Below are positions 47,601-61,100 of a stretch of 64,000 nt of DNA, one piece after another. The notes below the pieces were generated by a model. The model was given only the letters and a program-made list of their open reading frames with translations, did no database searches and was not told the origin of the DNA. The position numbers and the translations under genes were made by a program. This stretch comes from Tubiluchus corallicola (taxonomy: Eukaryota > Animalia > Priapulida): positions 620,001-684,000 of the forward strand of contig JAQGDQ010000068.1 of assembly GCA_030141605.1 (NCBI GenBank). Direction: 5' to 3'. The stretch's first letter is position 1. Every line of letters begins with the position of its first letter.

Positions 47601-50600
47601 GTAAGGCTATTATAATTATGGATGGCACTTATTAATCTTGTAAATGTGCTAATAAGGTGAAGAGTATTATAATTATAGAAATGCTAATTAAAAAAAGAAT
47701 AAATCGCTCGGCAAAATTAACTGTGCAATAGAAACAGCCGCAGGAAGAAACAAGAAAAACCTAAAGCAAAATGAAATGAACAATAAATATTGCATTACTT
47801 ATTGGTATACTTGTTGAATAGAGTAAATGTGACAGCCACTATTGAAGTTACTTTTAATGCAGTAAAGTTCACTTTTTCACTTGGAATAGGCTGGGTGACG
47901 ATTCTTGCTCATTGGATACGATCAGAAAACCTCAAGTTACGATTACATGCTGCCCGAGCACTGGCTAATCTTGACCGCGATGTTGGACGCAATAAGTATG
48001 ATGGGGGCATATTTCTGGTGTGGCCAGAGCATCGATCAGAGTAAGTGCAAAAATAACTACTTTAGGTTAAAAAATATATAAGAATTTAGCAGAAATTTGC
48101 AATAAATGAAAAGTTAAAATGTTAAAATGAATAGACGATATTGAATTTTTGTGATATTTTATTGTTAAAAACCTAAAAATTTCGATACCTTAGGTAGGTT
48201 TTATTTATGGCCGAGTAATGATGTGATATTCATAATCCCCAGTTTTTGTCATAGGATAATATATATTATTGTTATAGTATAATAAAAATTGCTGCTCACT
48301 TAAGTAGTTCAACTAGGTAAAATACATTTAACAACGGAGACAATTTAAAGTTTTATGGACTGTTTCTTGTTTGCATACACATCATCCACTATTGCGTGTA
48401 TTTACTAATGTTGTCGCATCTTATGCAAACAAAATCAACAATCACAGCTGAATGGAGTTTCCAGACCTGCACAAAAATCCCACATGCCACTAGCTACTCC
48501 AGTTTTGTTTTAGTTCCAATTTTGTATAGTGAAGCCATTTTTCTCCAACTATTGTTATTATCAACAGTTATAACAAAGATGTGCTAACTTTGATATCACT
48601 ATGCTTTTCCACTTTTAGATAAATAAACAAAGAGTAAACTATGAACTAACTAAGTATTATGCTGCAGTTTATCAACCAGCCTTTGATCGCCTGGATTTTT
48701 TTAGCTTGCCCTTGTTTGCTGATGTCGTGTTTATCCACGGTTTACTCGGCGGAGCTTTCCTAACGTGGCGCCAAGGCAAGTCAAAAGATTTAGAGAATGA
48801 CAGTTTAGCTTCTGCAAACAAACCTTGTCCAGACGTAACAAATGTAGAAGAAGCAAGTGCTGCTAATGAGTCCAACTCATATACTTCCTGCTGGCCTAAG
48901 GTATGAGGTTATCATTGACTCATGATATACTACTATGTTACAGTAAAATGCACTTCATTGTAGCTGCCAGCTTGTTATTCTAAATGCACAGTACATGTTC
49001 ATTTGTATTTATTAGGACTGGCTGCCCAAGGATTTGCCAAACTGCCGAGTGCTGATGGTTGCATACGAAACGTTTCTTAGTGACTGGGGACAGAGATGTC
49101 CATACGAAACAGAAAAGTTAGTCTGTTTTCATACAACAATTATAGTCAGTGTTGTTTGTTGGAAATAACAGATATTGCAGCATTATTGTCTATATCGTTA
49201 GACTGTGTTGACATACAAGAGTAAACTGGATCAAATGGATTTTGCATAGAGCTCTTCAGCTTTTTCATAGGAAGTGCTCCTTTTTAACTCTTGATTAAAA
49301 TCTTGAATCCATTGAGCATCTAGCCTTTTTGTTAGTACAACCAAAGCTGCTCCACCTAGAAGAAAATCCAACTTAAAATTCTTTGTTTGTTCATTTGCTT
49401 CACTGGTCTGTTAGTAACACTACTTGCCTGGTTGTCTGTCCTGCAGCTTGCCTATCAGTTTGTGTACTTATTTATTTACTGATTTGAATGTGAAGAAAAA
49501 AAGTTATTGCAGAGATAAAACTAAAGAGGTGCATTTATTAAGCACCCGGGGTGTTTCTTTGTGTACGCAGTTGTTGCTGCCTTTCAGACAATGTTATTCA
49601 AGAAACAAATAATTATTAGGTTGTTTTGTCTTAGACGATCAATACATCAACGCAGTGTGGAACTCTTGCGGAAACTGAAGAAAGCTGGAGTAGGCGATAG
49701 ACCTGTTATATTTGTAACGCATTCTATGGGAGGTACACAAGTTTTATTCAGTTTTCAATTTGCACTCAAGCTTGTATTATTATGCCAGATTTCAAAGTTT
49801 TGTCAGGGACACTACCTTTTCAGTGCTTCTAATCATTTCTTTAACAGTTATTTAGGTCTTCATCCAATGGTTCTAGGCCTTACACGGTACATTTTCATAT
49901 CTCCCCAAGGACTAGATATAGATCAGTCAAGTAATGCAACTATTAAATAACAAAACTTAAAATGATGATTTTTTTTTAATTTGTTAAGAGTGGTTCTGAA
50001 CCTATTTCGTATTTTTCAATTTTAAACGAATCCAATGATTGTCGAAGGTCTGTTATAATGAAACTTTAGCAGTAGAAGATATATAACAATATGGAGTAAG
50101 TAATACTGCTGCTCAGTTACTTATTTTGTAATTTAATTGAAAGGCTGAAAACAAGCTCAAAATATTTTGAGAAATCTGTTTCCAATTATCAAGTCCATAT
50201 TTTAAACACCTAGTGCTCATTGAAGTTGAACACTTGTAAAAAAGTCAAAGAACGTACGTATATTCTTTGTCTCACATCACTGTAGTCTGTAATGCTTGCT
50301 AAGTTAAGTCATGTAAAATTAGATATTTGTTGTTTTTAACTGTATTGAGTTAGTATTTACTGTTTTAGGTTTGATTGTTAAACAAATGCTGGTTGGTGCC
50401 ATGGTGGATCTAAACCATGAAAAAATCTTCCTAAACACAAAAGGAGTAGTGTTTTACAGCACGCCTCATCGTGGTTCCTCCCTAGCCACTATTTCCAATC
50501 AGGCCAAGTACATCTTGTTTCCGTCAGTTGAGGTCAAAGAACTTAAAAGTGGTATGTTATGGAAACACGTATTGTTAATATTATGCAGCACATTGCTGAT

Positions 50601-52729
50601 ATCAATGTCATAAAGCTGCCTGTCAAACAATGGAGGAGTGTTAGACTTTCTTCATATGGCACAGAGCCAGTGGGTGTATAGCAGTGATTGGGGTAATCAG
50701 GCAGTATTACTAATACCAACAAATTCAAGAGAACTTTGATTCATAGTTAGTGATTTTTCATAACGATGATTCATAGTGAATTAAAATGTTAACTTTAATT
50801 GTGATGCCCGTTGTTCATACTCCCAACACCACTTGCTAGTTTTGGAATTGGTAAAAGCAAGCAGTAAAGATACAAACAAAACAATGTACAAGCCTCCTGA
50901 CAAGTCCTTGAGAAAACTAGAGTACTAAGGTCAACATTTTAGAAACTAACATTTAGCAATATTTAAGATTTTATATAACAAGCTGTCTGTTTTATTTGAC
51001 ATTTCAGATAGTGAACCATTGAAAAGACTTCACACAAGTTTCGTCAACATAGCAAAAACACGTGGTATTTCATGTCTCAGCATTGGTGAGAATAGAAAGA
51101 GTTCTGTAGGTCTACCATTCCAGCTACACATAGTACCACCTTATTCAGCAGGTTTGTCTACCTAGTACTTTGTTAGTTGTTGCCAGATTCAAAAAATTTG
51201 AGTTTGAAAATACCTAAAAAATTACCTTAAACAGTTATTTTGCATACGAATAACGGGGCGCATTTTACGTTAATGTTTTTTAATGGAAGTCAGGATCATT
51301 TTTCATATATTACCCCATTTTCAAGTGTGGTAAAAAGTGTACATATTAACACCAATAATGCTGTAAAATTGTTTCTGATAATTAAATAATAGATTAAAAT
51401 CTTAATTAACGACGGGCGAGCCAAACTAGTGATGACATCACAAACTAACGTAATTTTTAGCATGAAAAATATTCCACGAGCATGTTGCACCTGTTTGTAA
51501 AAGCGAAAATTGAAGTACAGTGCTATTGTAAGAGATTCAGTGTGTTGTAATAAAACTCGGCAGGTTTTAAGATAAAAATTCATATTTCAAATTTTCCGCT
51601 GTACTCATTCATGAGCTGTGGAACGTGTGCAGTACATCAGAAATGAACACATCTGAACTGAGAGGTGCAGCACCTATTTTTTGTACAACAATTTCGGAAA
51701 TGAAGGCGCTAGTGCCCGTCTAATTAGCGATAGATGAAATGTGTATAACAGTGAAGAACTAGTGGTGCAAACATGAAATCGCGTCTGTGTGGTAATAATT
51801 GTTTTACACAAGTCAGTCTTTAAAAAAATAGGATGTTTCCTTTCAATATTTTAAAAAATAGGTTGTTTTGACCAACAGTTTAACTTTGGGTCAGTTTTGC
51901 TTTAAGTGTGTCTATGCTCTTGCTAGTAGCAGGACATCGGTTGTATTTTCTTAATCGATTATTTGGGTTCCACACCTTTCCAGGCCCTTTTCTAGTATTT
52001 TATGAGAAAGGCAGGTGCAGGTGAAAACTGTGTGCGTTCTTATGACAAACTTTTGTGTCTAACCAGCAGCATTAGCATACTATGTTATTGCACAAAGATA
52101 GTGCCATATTACTTGATATTATGCCAGTAACATCAACTTTTCATGTACCTTTTGTGGATTTTTTGAAAAATAAGTTGAAATTATTATTGGCAATAATAAT
52201 AATATTTTCAGTTTACATCGACAGCTGAAAAAATAATCAATGACAGGAAATAATCAATAATCTGTGATAGGAAATAAAAGCCCATATTGTTTAATCAATC
52301 ATAATTTAATCAATCATGTCTTTATGCATGTGAGTACAGGCATGTAGTTGTACCTTTATTTTTTATGTTTCAGAAAATGTTTTCTCAAGTTTTGTCACTG
52401 TGAAACATTTGGTGTTGTGTGTTGTGTTTATTAGCTCATCAATAGCCCTTAAATATATTTGATCACATTTTATAACATATTTAAATTTTGAAAACTGTTA
52501 TGACTTTAAACTTTATGTTTTAGATGCAGGCATTGGAGATTTTCACCTGGTTGATGCTGATCACCTGTATGTTTGCAAACCATCTTCAGCAAAGTCAAAA
52601 TCTTACACACTTCTTCTAGATTTTGTACTTAGTCTTATTCCTGTAGAGCGGATTGGCCATTTTGTACAGGCAAGCACTCCACCAGATCCGGATCAACTTT
52701 TACTAGAATTTTTTCACATAGTAACTTAA
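41696..52729 (+). CDS. SERAC1: Protein SERAC1 (armadillo-like region + alpha/beta-hydrolase lipase domain), 15 coding exons, 705 aa
   Basis: Exons 41696-41804, 42176-42206, 42451-42602, 42935-43159, 44074-44192 ([15 protein letters not shown]), 44752-44874, 46095-46211, 46758-46920, 47890-48040 (AARALANLD), 48705-48900 ([22 protein letters not shown]), 49016-49116, 49635-49732 (THSMGG), 50369-50551 (FYSTPHRGS), 51008-51151 and 52524-52729 (DHLYVCKP). All GT-AG, 2118 nt in frame. The first three exons rest mainly on phase continuity. Confidence 0.93.
51403..51726. mobile_element. Possible MITE in SERAC1 last intron
   Basis: TAATTAACGACGGGC ... GCCCGTCTAATTA imperfect inverted ends. Confidence 0.3.
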
Positions 52730-53225
52730 ATGCAATAAGGTTGTGTCAGGTATTCTCTAAAAGAAACAACTTCACTCAGGTATACTTTAATAATCAGGTA
52801 AATTTTGCTTAGTATTAATGTTTTTTGAAGATAATATATGCTTTTAAAAAGTTTAAATACTAGTTTTCTAGTTTTTTATAAGTATCATTTTTGATAATCT
52901 TGGCATAACTAAGTATAATGTACAAAGTCAACTGCATGTTACTATAACTGACATGTTGTAATTAGTATTATGTGTGTGTGAAATCAAAGTATGTAGTGTG
53001 ATTACTCAATTATAATCCAACAATTCATGAAAAAAACATATTTTCAAGGTACAACATTCTTGATATTATATACTATTTGAGTTTGTAATTGTCGTGTAAC
53101 ATATACATAAAGCACAGTCTAAGCACAAATTGTAATCTATACTACCTAGCAGTTATTGTGAAACAATATATTTTAGTAGTGCTAGTTGAATATTCACAAT
53201 TTTATGCATATTACTTTTGAATGCA

Positions 53226-53430
53226 CTTCTTTCTCTTTCCCTCTCCCTCCCTCTCTTCATTCCCTATCTCGCTTTCTTGCTTTCTCTCCCCTTCTCTCTC
53301 TCTCTCTCTCTCTCTCTCGCTCTCGCTCTCCCTCCCTCTCTTCATTCCCTATCTCGCTTTCTTGCTTTCTCTCCCCTTCTCTCTCTCTCTCTCTCGCTCT
53401 CGCTCTCTCGCTCTCCCTCTCCCTCTCCCT

Positions 53431-53473
<43 letters not shown>
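53226..53473. repeat. (CT)n-rich compound microsatellite with a duplicated unit
   Basis: CTCTCCCTCCCTCTCTTCATTCCCTATCTCGCTTTCTTGCTTTCTCTCCCCTTCTC occurs twice among (CT)n, (CTCGCT)n and (CTCCCT)n tracts. Confidence 0.93.
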
Positions 53474-55117
53474 CATTCTAATTCTTTCAGCTTTGCTCTG
53501 TGAAATATAACATTAAAAGCATCCATATCTAATTAGAGCAGAGTATTTTTCTTTGTTGATGTCAAATCACTCAAAAAAAGAAGTTTTGCCACCAAAACAA
53601 TACTTAGTGTCCAAAGATGGGTCATACCTAGGATGGAAATCAGTTTTACGAAAAACACAATTATATAAAAAACGTGCATCTCGAGAACTAGCATGGTACA
53701 TACATTTTGCTCTCTTATTATCAGAAGGATTTAATAAGCAGCTAAATCTTAATTTACCACACATGTAAATGAATTATACAGTATAAACTTTAAACCTACG
53801 TTATGATGGATTCATTGTTTTTAAGCAATTTAAAGGTGATAATGTAAATACTGATAAAGTTTGCCAGGACTGTTAGTGTGTCAGCTTTTAGTAACAGTTT
53901 TGCTTTGCTATAGGTGGTAAACTTCAGTAAAGCAAAGCATAATTGCTATTGTTTTATTTACCAAGAGTGAAGCATGAAAGGTAAGTATTAAAATGCCAAC
54001 AAAACAAGCCTTGTTAACATTACTGTATATGGGAAACTTTAGTTTTCACACTCTTGCCTGACTATGTATTATACAGAGGAAAACAAAGTAGTGCAATTGT
54101 CTACACAATTATTAACACATGAAAAACATCTTATGTGGTTGAGATGAGGCGCGAGGTCTAGCGGTAGTGAGTGGATGGATGAACTGCTTCAATTCTTGTT
54201 CTGGACGGTGATTCGCCATGCCGTTATGACTGTTTGTCTCTCAGAGAGAATAAAGTAAGCTACATGTATTTTACAGTAAGAATTACAGAGAGGTTTACAA
54301 AGTTGTGAATAAGGAGAAATATTATATTTATTTTATTAATTACGTAGTGATCACGTAAAATAATAGAAAAACGAACACTTATTATAAATGTTAGCACAAT
54401 AGCACTAAAGACATGCTATAGCTATAGTTTTTAACACACAAAATATAGTCACTATTCACATGGTTTTGTATCAAAAATTCTGGATGCAAATCATGTGGTG
54501 AAATTGGTAAATGAACCATTATATAAGCAAAGATTATTCTATCACAGTATTTTACACCTTTCAAAATAGTTTTGATCATCCTCGCAATAATAATTTTAAA
54601 ATTGCCAGAGAATGAATAGTACTTTGTGAACATCCATTGCTATAGAGCTAAAAACTGTCCATGAAGTTTTAAATAACAAAACTGATGTCATATTGGAACA
54701 TTCTGACTTTTTTACTTATTTGCACCCAGTTTGTACTCACATGAGTATTCTGTTTTGTCAATGGTAAGCAACTGCTATATAACATGAGTTTCATCTTGGT
54801 CTCTGACTTTTGCTTTTACCAAAATGCAGTTTGGCCAGCATTATTATCAAGTTGGCAAAGCAATTGTAAGTTATTCTGCTTTCAGTCACATCAGCTCAGG
54901 AATGACCATCATGAATTAGTAATAGTCTACTCTGACTCGTTATCACCGAAGAAGAAAGGCAGTTCTGCTCGCAGATAAGGCATTTCATATAGTACCCTTC
55001 ACAAAAAAGTCGTTCCTCGTTGGCTTGTGGCACCTTCAATATTAAATCTATCTCATGAAACATTTAGAGCTGGCATTATCATCAGAGTCAAACAGTAGTC
55101 CAATGAACTGGTGTCAA

Positions 55118-58100
55118 TCATGGTGTTTGGCAGATAGCGGATAATGGTTGCCGTTGTACAGCATCTAATAACCACAGTAATTCAGTCTCCAGGTTCTTGA
55201 CTGTATTTACTAAAGCCTGTATATCTTGACTTTGTGTTATATGTTCTTGAAGAAGATCTGAAATTCAATTATAAGATGAATGCATCAATTGTACCCAATT
55301 TAAATCGACGTTCATTACAAACAACAAGTAGCAAGCAGCATAAAATTGAAGTGCTTTCAAAGCTCACAATTCATTATTATGATAGCATAATAACTAGAGG
55401 CCAGAGCAGCGTAATTTCAGCTGAGCTCCAGCCGGTTTATTTCTACAGTCAATCTAGCCGATAAAAAACCCTGCTTTAGTCGCGCCAACTGCTCAGTGAT
55501 GGGAGTGGAGCTAGCCGACATTATCGCAGGCTGCAAAGATTTTTGCTCTTGCGAACAAGCCACTGGCACAGCAGTGTCTAGTTTTTTGCTGGATTACTGC
55601 TGTGTTTACCTGTCTTGAGGGTAGATTTCTTTCATTTTAGAATTCTGCCTGCCCAATGTCTACAATTGATGTAACAGGCTTATGATGATGAAATCACTAG
55701 TCGAAATATGGCAAACACATCGCAGACTCGCAGTCAGATTGTGCATATGGTGGCAGATACACTAAACTTTAGAAATTTTTGAACGAGAAAGCAGTCAATT
55801 CAAAATTAAATACACAAACACAGTCAAACAGGCAACGTGAGTCACACGTATGGGGTCATTTTGGTGTTTTGGTATTGATTCGTCAGTAATCAAAATAAGC
55901 CTTGCCAAGAGTTAGATTTAAATTATATTTGCAGTAAATCCATTGCTTTTTTATTATAATAAAAAATTGACCTCTAATATATTATTTGAATTTGTACACC
56001 AGCCTTTTTCTGAGCAACACGAATTATTTAAAAAAATTGTCTCAATAATTTAACAGTTAACTAACAATTTATCATTTATTTAGTTAACAAAAGTTTGCAG
56101 CTTTAAGTGACTTAACTGATTTTTTTCTTTAAGCAGCTCAGCTGAAAAGTCAGCCAACTTCACCCGAGCTAGCTGATTTACCGTGTGAGTCAGCTGATGT
56201 AGTAGCAACTGACTCAGCTTCGGCCTCTAGTAATCACACATGCCGTCTCAGAACAAACTTAAGTTACGTTACTACCATGGCAGACAAGTGAACATGCGTA
56301 GTTCACTTATTTGTTCATTTCCTGTTATCAGGCAGCAAAATTTAGCATGAAGGCAAGAGTAGACTCAGGATAGTGACATCAGTACATTATATTTCTTTTA
56401 ACATCTTGGAACTAAGATCCTTTACTCCTAGGATTTTGCCAATAGTTTTCTAATGGAAGAACTCAAACGGTGAATATATCAGTGATTTATAAATAAATAA
56501 CATCCGGAGAATGTGGACGACAGCATCTTTGGTAGTAGATGAGATAACAATGAAAAGATTGGTTTGTTACCCTAGCCTACCTTGTAAATTTTCCATTTCT
56601 TCTATATTTTGCAGATCTGTGCGAAGTTCATTTGTAAGTGATGTTAAAGTGTCAACTTGCAACTGAGTCAATTCAATGTCCGTGTTGCGCCTAGCCGACC
56701 CTCGCCCAACCACACCAATTTCACTGAGAGTAGTGTTATGAATCTGCAAACAAAGTTCATTTGTACTTTAGCAATGGTATACTTGGGTAGTAAATATTAT
56801 AGTCTACATCAATAGCCTATCACCATCCAAGGTCACTGTTATTGTGATTTTTATTACTACTAATGGCTGCATGAATTCTTGTAATGTCTAAATAGTACTA
56901 AAAGGCATCTAAATGGTTTACCACCAAATAATAAGAATCATATGATCTGTGTCTGACTGCCAATAGGTAGCCTTTTATATTTTTCTGTGTACTTCTTTGA
57001 AGATATACAATACATGCATACACTGTGTTTTATTGAATAAAACTGCTGGCTAGCAAAACCGCTATGTAGAATTTGATTTGATTTGATTGATATTTGCTTC
57101 TGATTTAATAACTGAATTACAGTTAACAATAAAATACATTTTAAATCAGGTGGCAATGAAAAACAATGCTGGAAGATTAAAAGACATAATACAACACATT
57201 TTTGCTATGAAAGATAGCAAATTGCTACAGGGTTGCCGCATTTCAGTCAAACAAGCTTAAACCTCTACCGTTTCAATGCAAGCACAGTGTAACACAAGCT
57301 TAATTGATATAAACTAGCATTTGCAGCTTACCAAGACTGTGCGGACAGATAACTCCAATGCCACATCACTATCACTTTGTAATTGTATAGCTCTCAATTG
57401 AGAGGTATCAATGCAAATATCTATGTCATTAACATCTCTTGAAATGCGACGCAACAATGCCTGGACTTCTTCGCCGAGGAGAACTGCACGGCTTACAATA
57501 TTGTTAATCTATAAAAAAGTTAAAAGCACACATCGAATGACTAGAGTTTAGAAAACTACTGCTTATAAACAGCAAATTGCACTGTATGCAAAAACCTACA
57601 TTCCTTAACATTCCAATACATTACTTAATATATTTCAGTTTTAATGGACATACGTATCTGCTTTAAAGACCTTTACTATTGAATACATTTTTTGTACACA
57701 AAATTTACTTAATCTCTTACTTTGTGTAAATGAAAATATCATCCTCGATTATTTCAGTTTACTCAGTCCCTAGGTTTGCTTTGTATAAGGACCCACTTAG
57801 TCTAAAGAACGTCATCACACACTAATTTTTCCATACTGTGCTGCTATTCAATACGGAATAACTTGATCCAGCTTATCAGTTCAGGACTCAAGTGCTATTC
57901 CTAGGTTTGTTAGTTTTGAACTATATGTAATAAGCTATTTTATAGTTTCGTTGTGCGCTCATGCAGTTGCTGCAGATCAACGGTTAAGTGAACCCATGCA
58001 ACGCATCTTAACTACAAAAGTCACATGATATGTGGGTAAAAGCAAAGGCGTTTGCTGCATCAGTTCAGTTGCTTTGCGTGGACTTTAGTTAATTATGCAT

Positions 58101-61100
58101 TAGTCTGTACGTAGAGTGATTTACTAGCTGGATCTTGCTTGAGAACAAGAAAAAGTGAACTAGGTAAGGTGCTAACTGTTAATATTACAGTTTTGTCTGG
58201 TTGTCTGTTATATAGTTCACTTAACCTTTGATCTTTTCATGATCATCGTCAATCGTCGGAACTGTGAAAAGGCTTATTGCTTATTAGTAGTAGCTTAAAA
58301 TTTTAAAAATGTTCACATTTAAAATTTGATGAGTGCAACTGCCAGGATCGTGTATGATTGCCAAATATACAACATTCACAACATTCTTATGTGTTTTCGA
58401 GATTTTAAATTTTGAATTTTACCTCAAATGCCTCAAATTTTTTAATTTTTTTACATACTCTCTAAAATCATAAGCACAAAACTTATAGCCCTTATAAATA
58501 AGAAAGACTTCAGCTTCCACCAAAAATGCAAAAGCTGCAAAGTTGTTTAACTCACGTCATCAACAAAGTTATTTATTTCCATAACTTCTTCTTCGATAAT
58601 TTCTTTCACATCTTCAACTTTAACGAGAGCTTCAGCAACAGCATCAATATTGTCCTGAATTTCAGTCACAGACTTCAGAACAAGTTCTGAGGAATCTCTG
58701 TAAACAGTAAGCAATGAAAACTGAATTACTGACTATGGACGAAAATAAAAGATGAGTTGGAACAACTAGAGTCACAAGTGTTCCGGATGATATCATCATA
58801 GATTAAGCTAACAAAAGAAAAGCGCTGCACATCATCAGTGTATAAATTAGTAAAGTTGAGTTAAGAGAAATCCCTCTAAAATGGATACAATTATCTATAT
58901 ATGTATAACTGTGTCAAACCATAAATTGCATTTCGACTCGGCGTGCTACCATAATTAAATTTTAAGAACTTTTTTCAACAAAATTGAAAAAGTGGTAAAG
59001 CAAATTAAGTCTAAAACTACAAAACAGGATGTGCCAATTCGTAAGCAGTGAGTTTCAACAGCTTAAATTATGGTAATCAATTAAATATGTCAAAAGAATA
59101 CCTCAGTGACACAATAAGTCAAACACATTATGCAGGACTCAGACAACTAAACGAAATGGTAAGGGTTTGCCATTAAGCATGGAGCTGATTAAATGAAAGT
59201 ATTGGATGAAACAAAAAAGAAAGAAGGCTTTCCTTGCTTAAATAGAAGCCAGTATTGTTGTTACTTCAGTAAATAGTTATATAGGAGTCCAGAGATACAG
59301 TAAACCTTGCTTGGAGACTATCCCATTAAAATAAAAAAGTGTCTTCTTTAAACATGTATTTGCTTCAATTGAGTGAATAATAACAGTAAAATATAGCAGA
59401 TCAAATGATGAACACAAGTAGTTGTATTACATACGCAGCTTGTTTTGCAAGCAGCTCTATCTCCTGAGCTTGACCAAGGCTGTCCCGTGAATGTGCTGCC
59501 AAATCTCGGATAAGTCTGCTTGACACACTTGTCTCCAAGATTCTCTCTGTAACTCTGTTAACACTCTCAAGGTCAGGCAGACTGCTGTCCAGAATAGACT
59601 TGGAAAAGTTATCAGATTTTAGGATGAGAAATTCGGTCTCATTTATAGTGTCCAGCAAAGACTGAGCCCCGAGAATAGCAGTCACAGCATCAGAATGCAG
59701 TTCTTCAGCAAAATTCTACAAAAATTAACTGGTAATGTAATAACATTCTACATTACTATATCTAATAATCTGCTATTACTATAATAATTCTAATATTAAT
59801 AATAATATTAAATGGTAATCCAATAATTCTACATTACTAAGAACCACGATAAGGTATTATCAGTGTATTGCTCAGTTGCATTAAAACAAATAGTGAAATG
59901 TAATGAAAATTACACAAAAGTACTGTCACATACCTGGAATGAGTCAGCATTAAAAGCAGCAAAGTCAACAGTTTCTTGAGCATTGGTAACATTCACAAAT
60001 ATTTCTTGACTTTTTTCTTCTGCTGCAATAGCCTCCACTTGCTTTTCAGACAATAGATCGGCTATTTCCATCGAATCTTCCTTAATTCTTTCAACCACAG
60101 AAAGGGCATCAGCAATGTCTTGTTTAATAGTTGGAAGGGCATCAAGGTAATGGAATACAAACTCTTCCATGTTTATCAGTCTTTGTCTCTGCTGCCTATG
60201 CAGTTCAACAATTGCAGCACCTTGGTTTCTATGAGCCTGTTCCAAAGTCAAACGCTTCTGCATAGCAATGTTTACCTCACGAGTTAGTTCATCAACTGAT
60301 TCACGAAGTGACTGTTGAATTTCGTCAGATTCTGATGCTTGCCTTATCATGTTTCCAATATTTAAAAAGCTAGTATTTGCTTGAGCATACGACTCATCCA
60401 ACCTTACAAACTGTCGAATAAGAGTGATATTGATATCATGAAACGGAATGGTCTGACCACTTGACAGAATCAGTTCACCATTATATCGACCTGCTGCTAC
60501 AACTCCAACATTGATTTCTTCTCTTCGACGTTGAAATTCGACCAACGTGGCTGAATAATTGTTCTGCAATTGAATGAGCTCCTTGTAGCCACGTGCTGTT
60601 TTTTGCAAGAGCAAATAAGCTGCATTAGTGTCATTGTGAAGTGCTCCTATATCATCCAATTTCTGCAAGGATTCATTAATTGACTTTTCTACAAATTCTA
60701 AACTAATGCCAATAAAATTTTGTAGCAAAGTTGTACTGGCATCATTTAAAGCAGAAAAATCATGTCCCAGTTGTTCTAGTTCCACCACAAAATTATCATA
60801 GCACTCACCACACGGCTCGCAATTGGGAAACTCGCCGAGGTAGATCACGTCAACATATTTGTATGAATCAATTTCAGGGATGCCACAATGATCACAAGTC
60901 AGACCAACAATTGACTTAGTCTTACATGGGCATTGTCCGCTTGTTTTATTACAATTGACATAAGTTGTGCCATCATCCCTCACTGACGTGGCAGTACCAT
61001 CAGAATGGCATTGACACCTTTTACAGCCAAACCGACTCAGATCCCAAAAGCCATTCTCACAAGTATCACAGCGTCTTCCAGCAGCGTGCGTGCGGCAGTT

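Noticed and set aside
54147-54260. SINE/tRNA-like head GGCGCGAGGTCTAGCGG
   Set aside because: A-box-like only; no convincing B-box or tail.
59740-59840. TAA/ATTCTACATTACTA low-complexity repeats
   Set aside because: Ordinary AT-rich intronic slippage.
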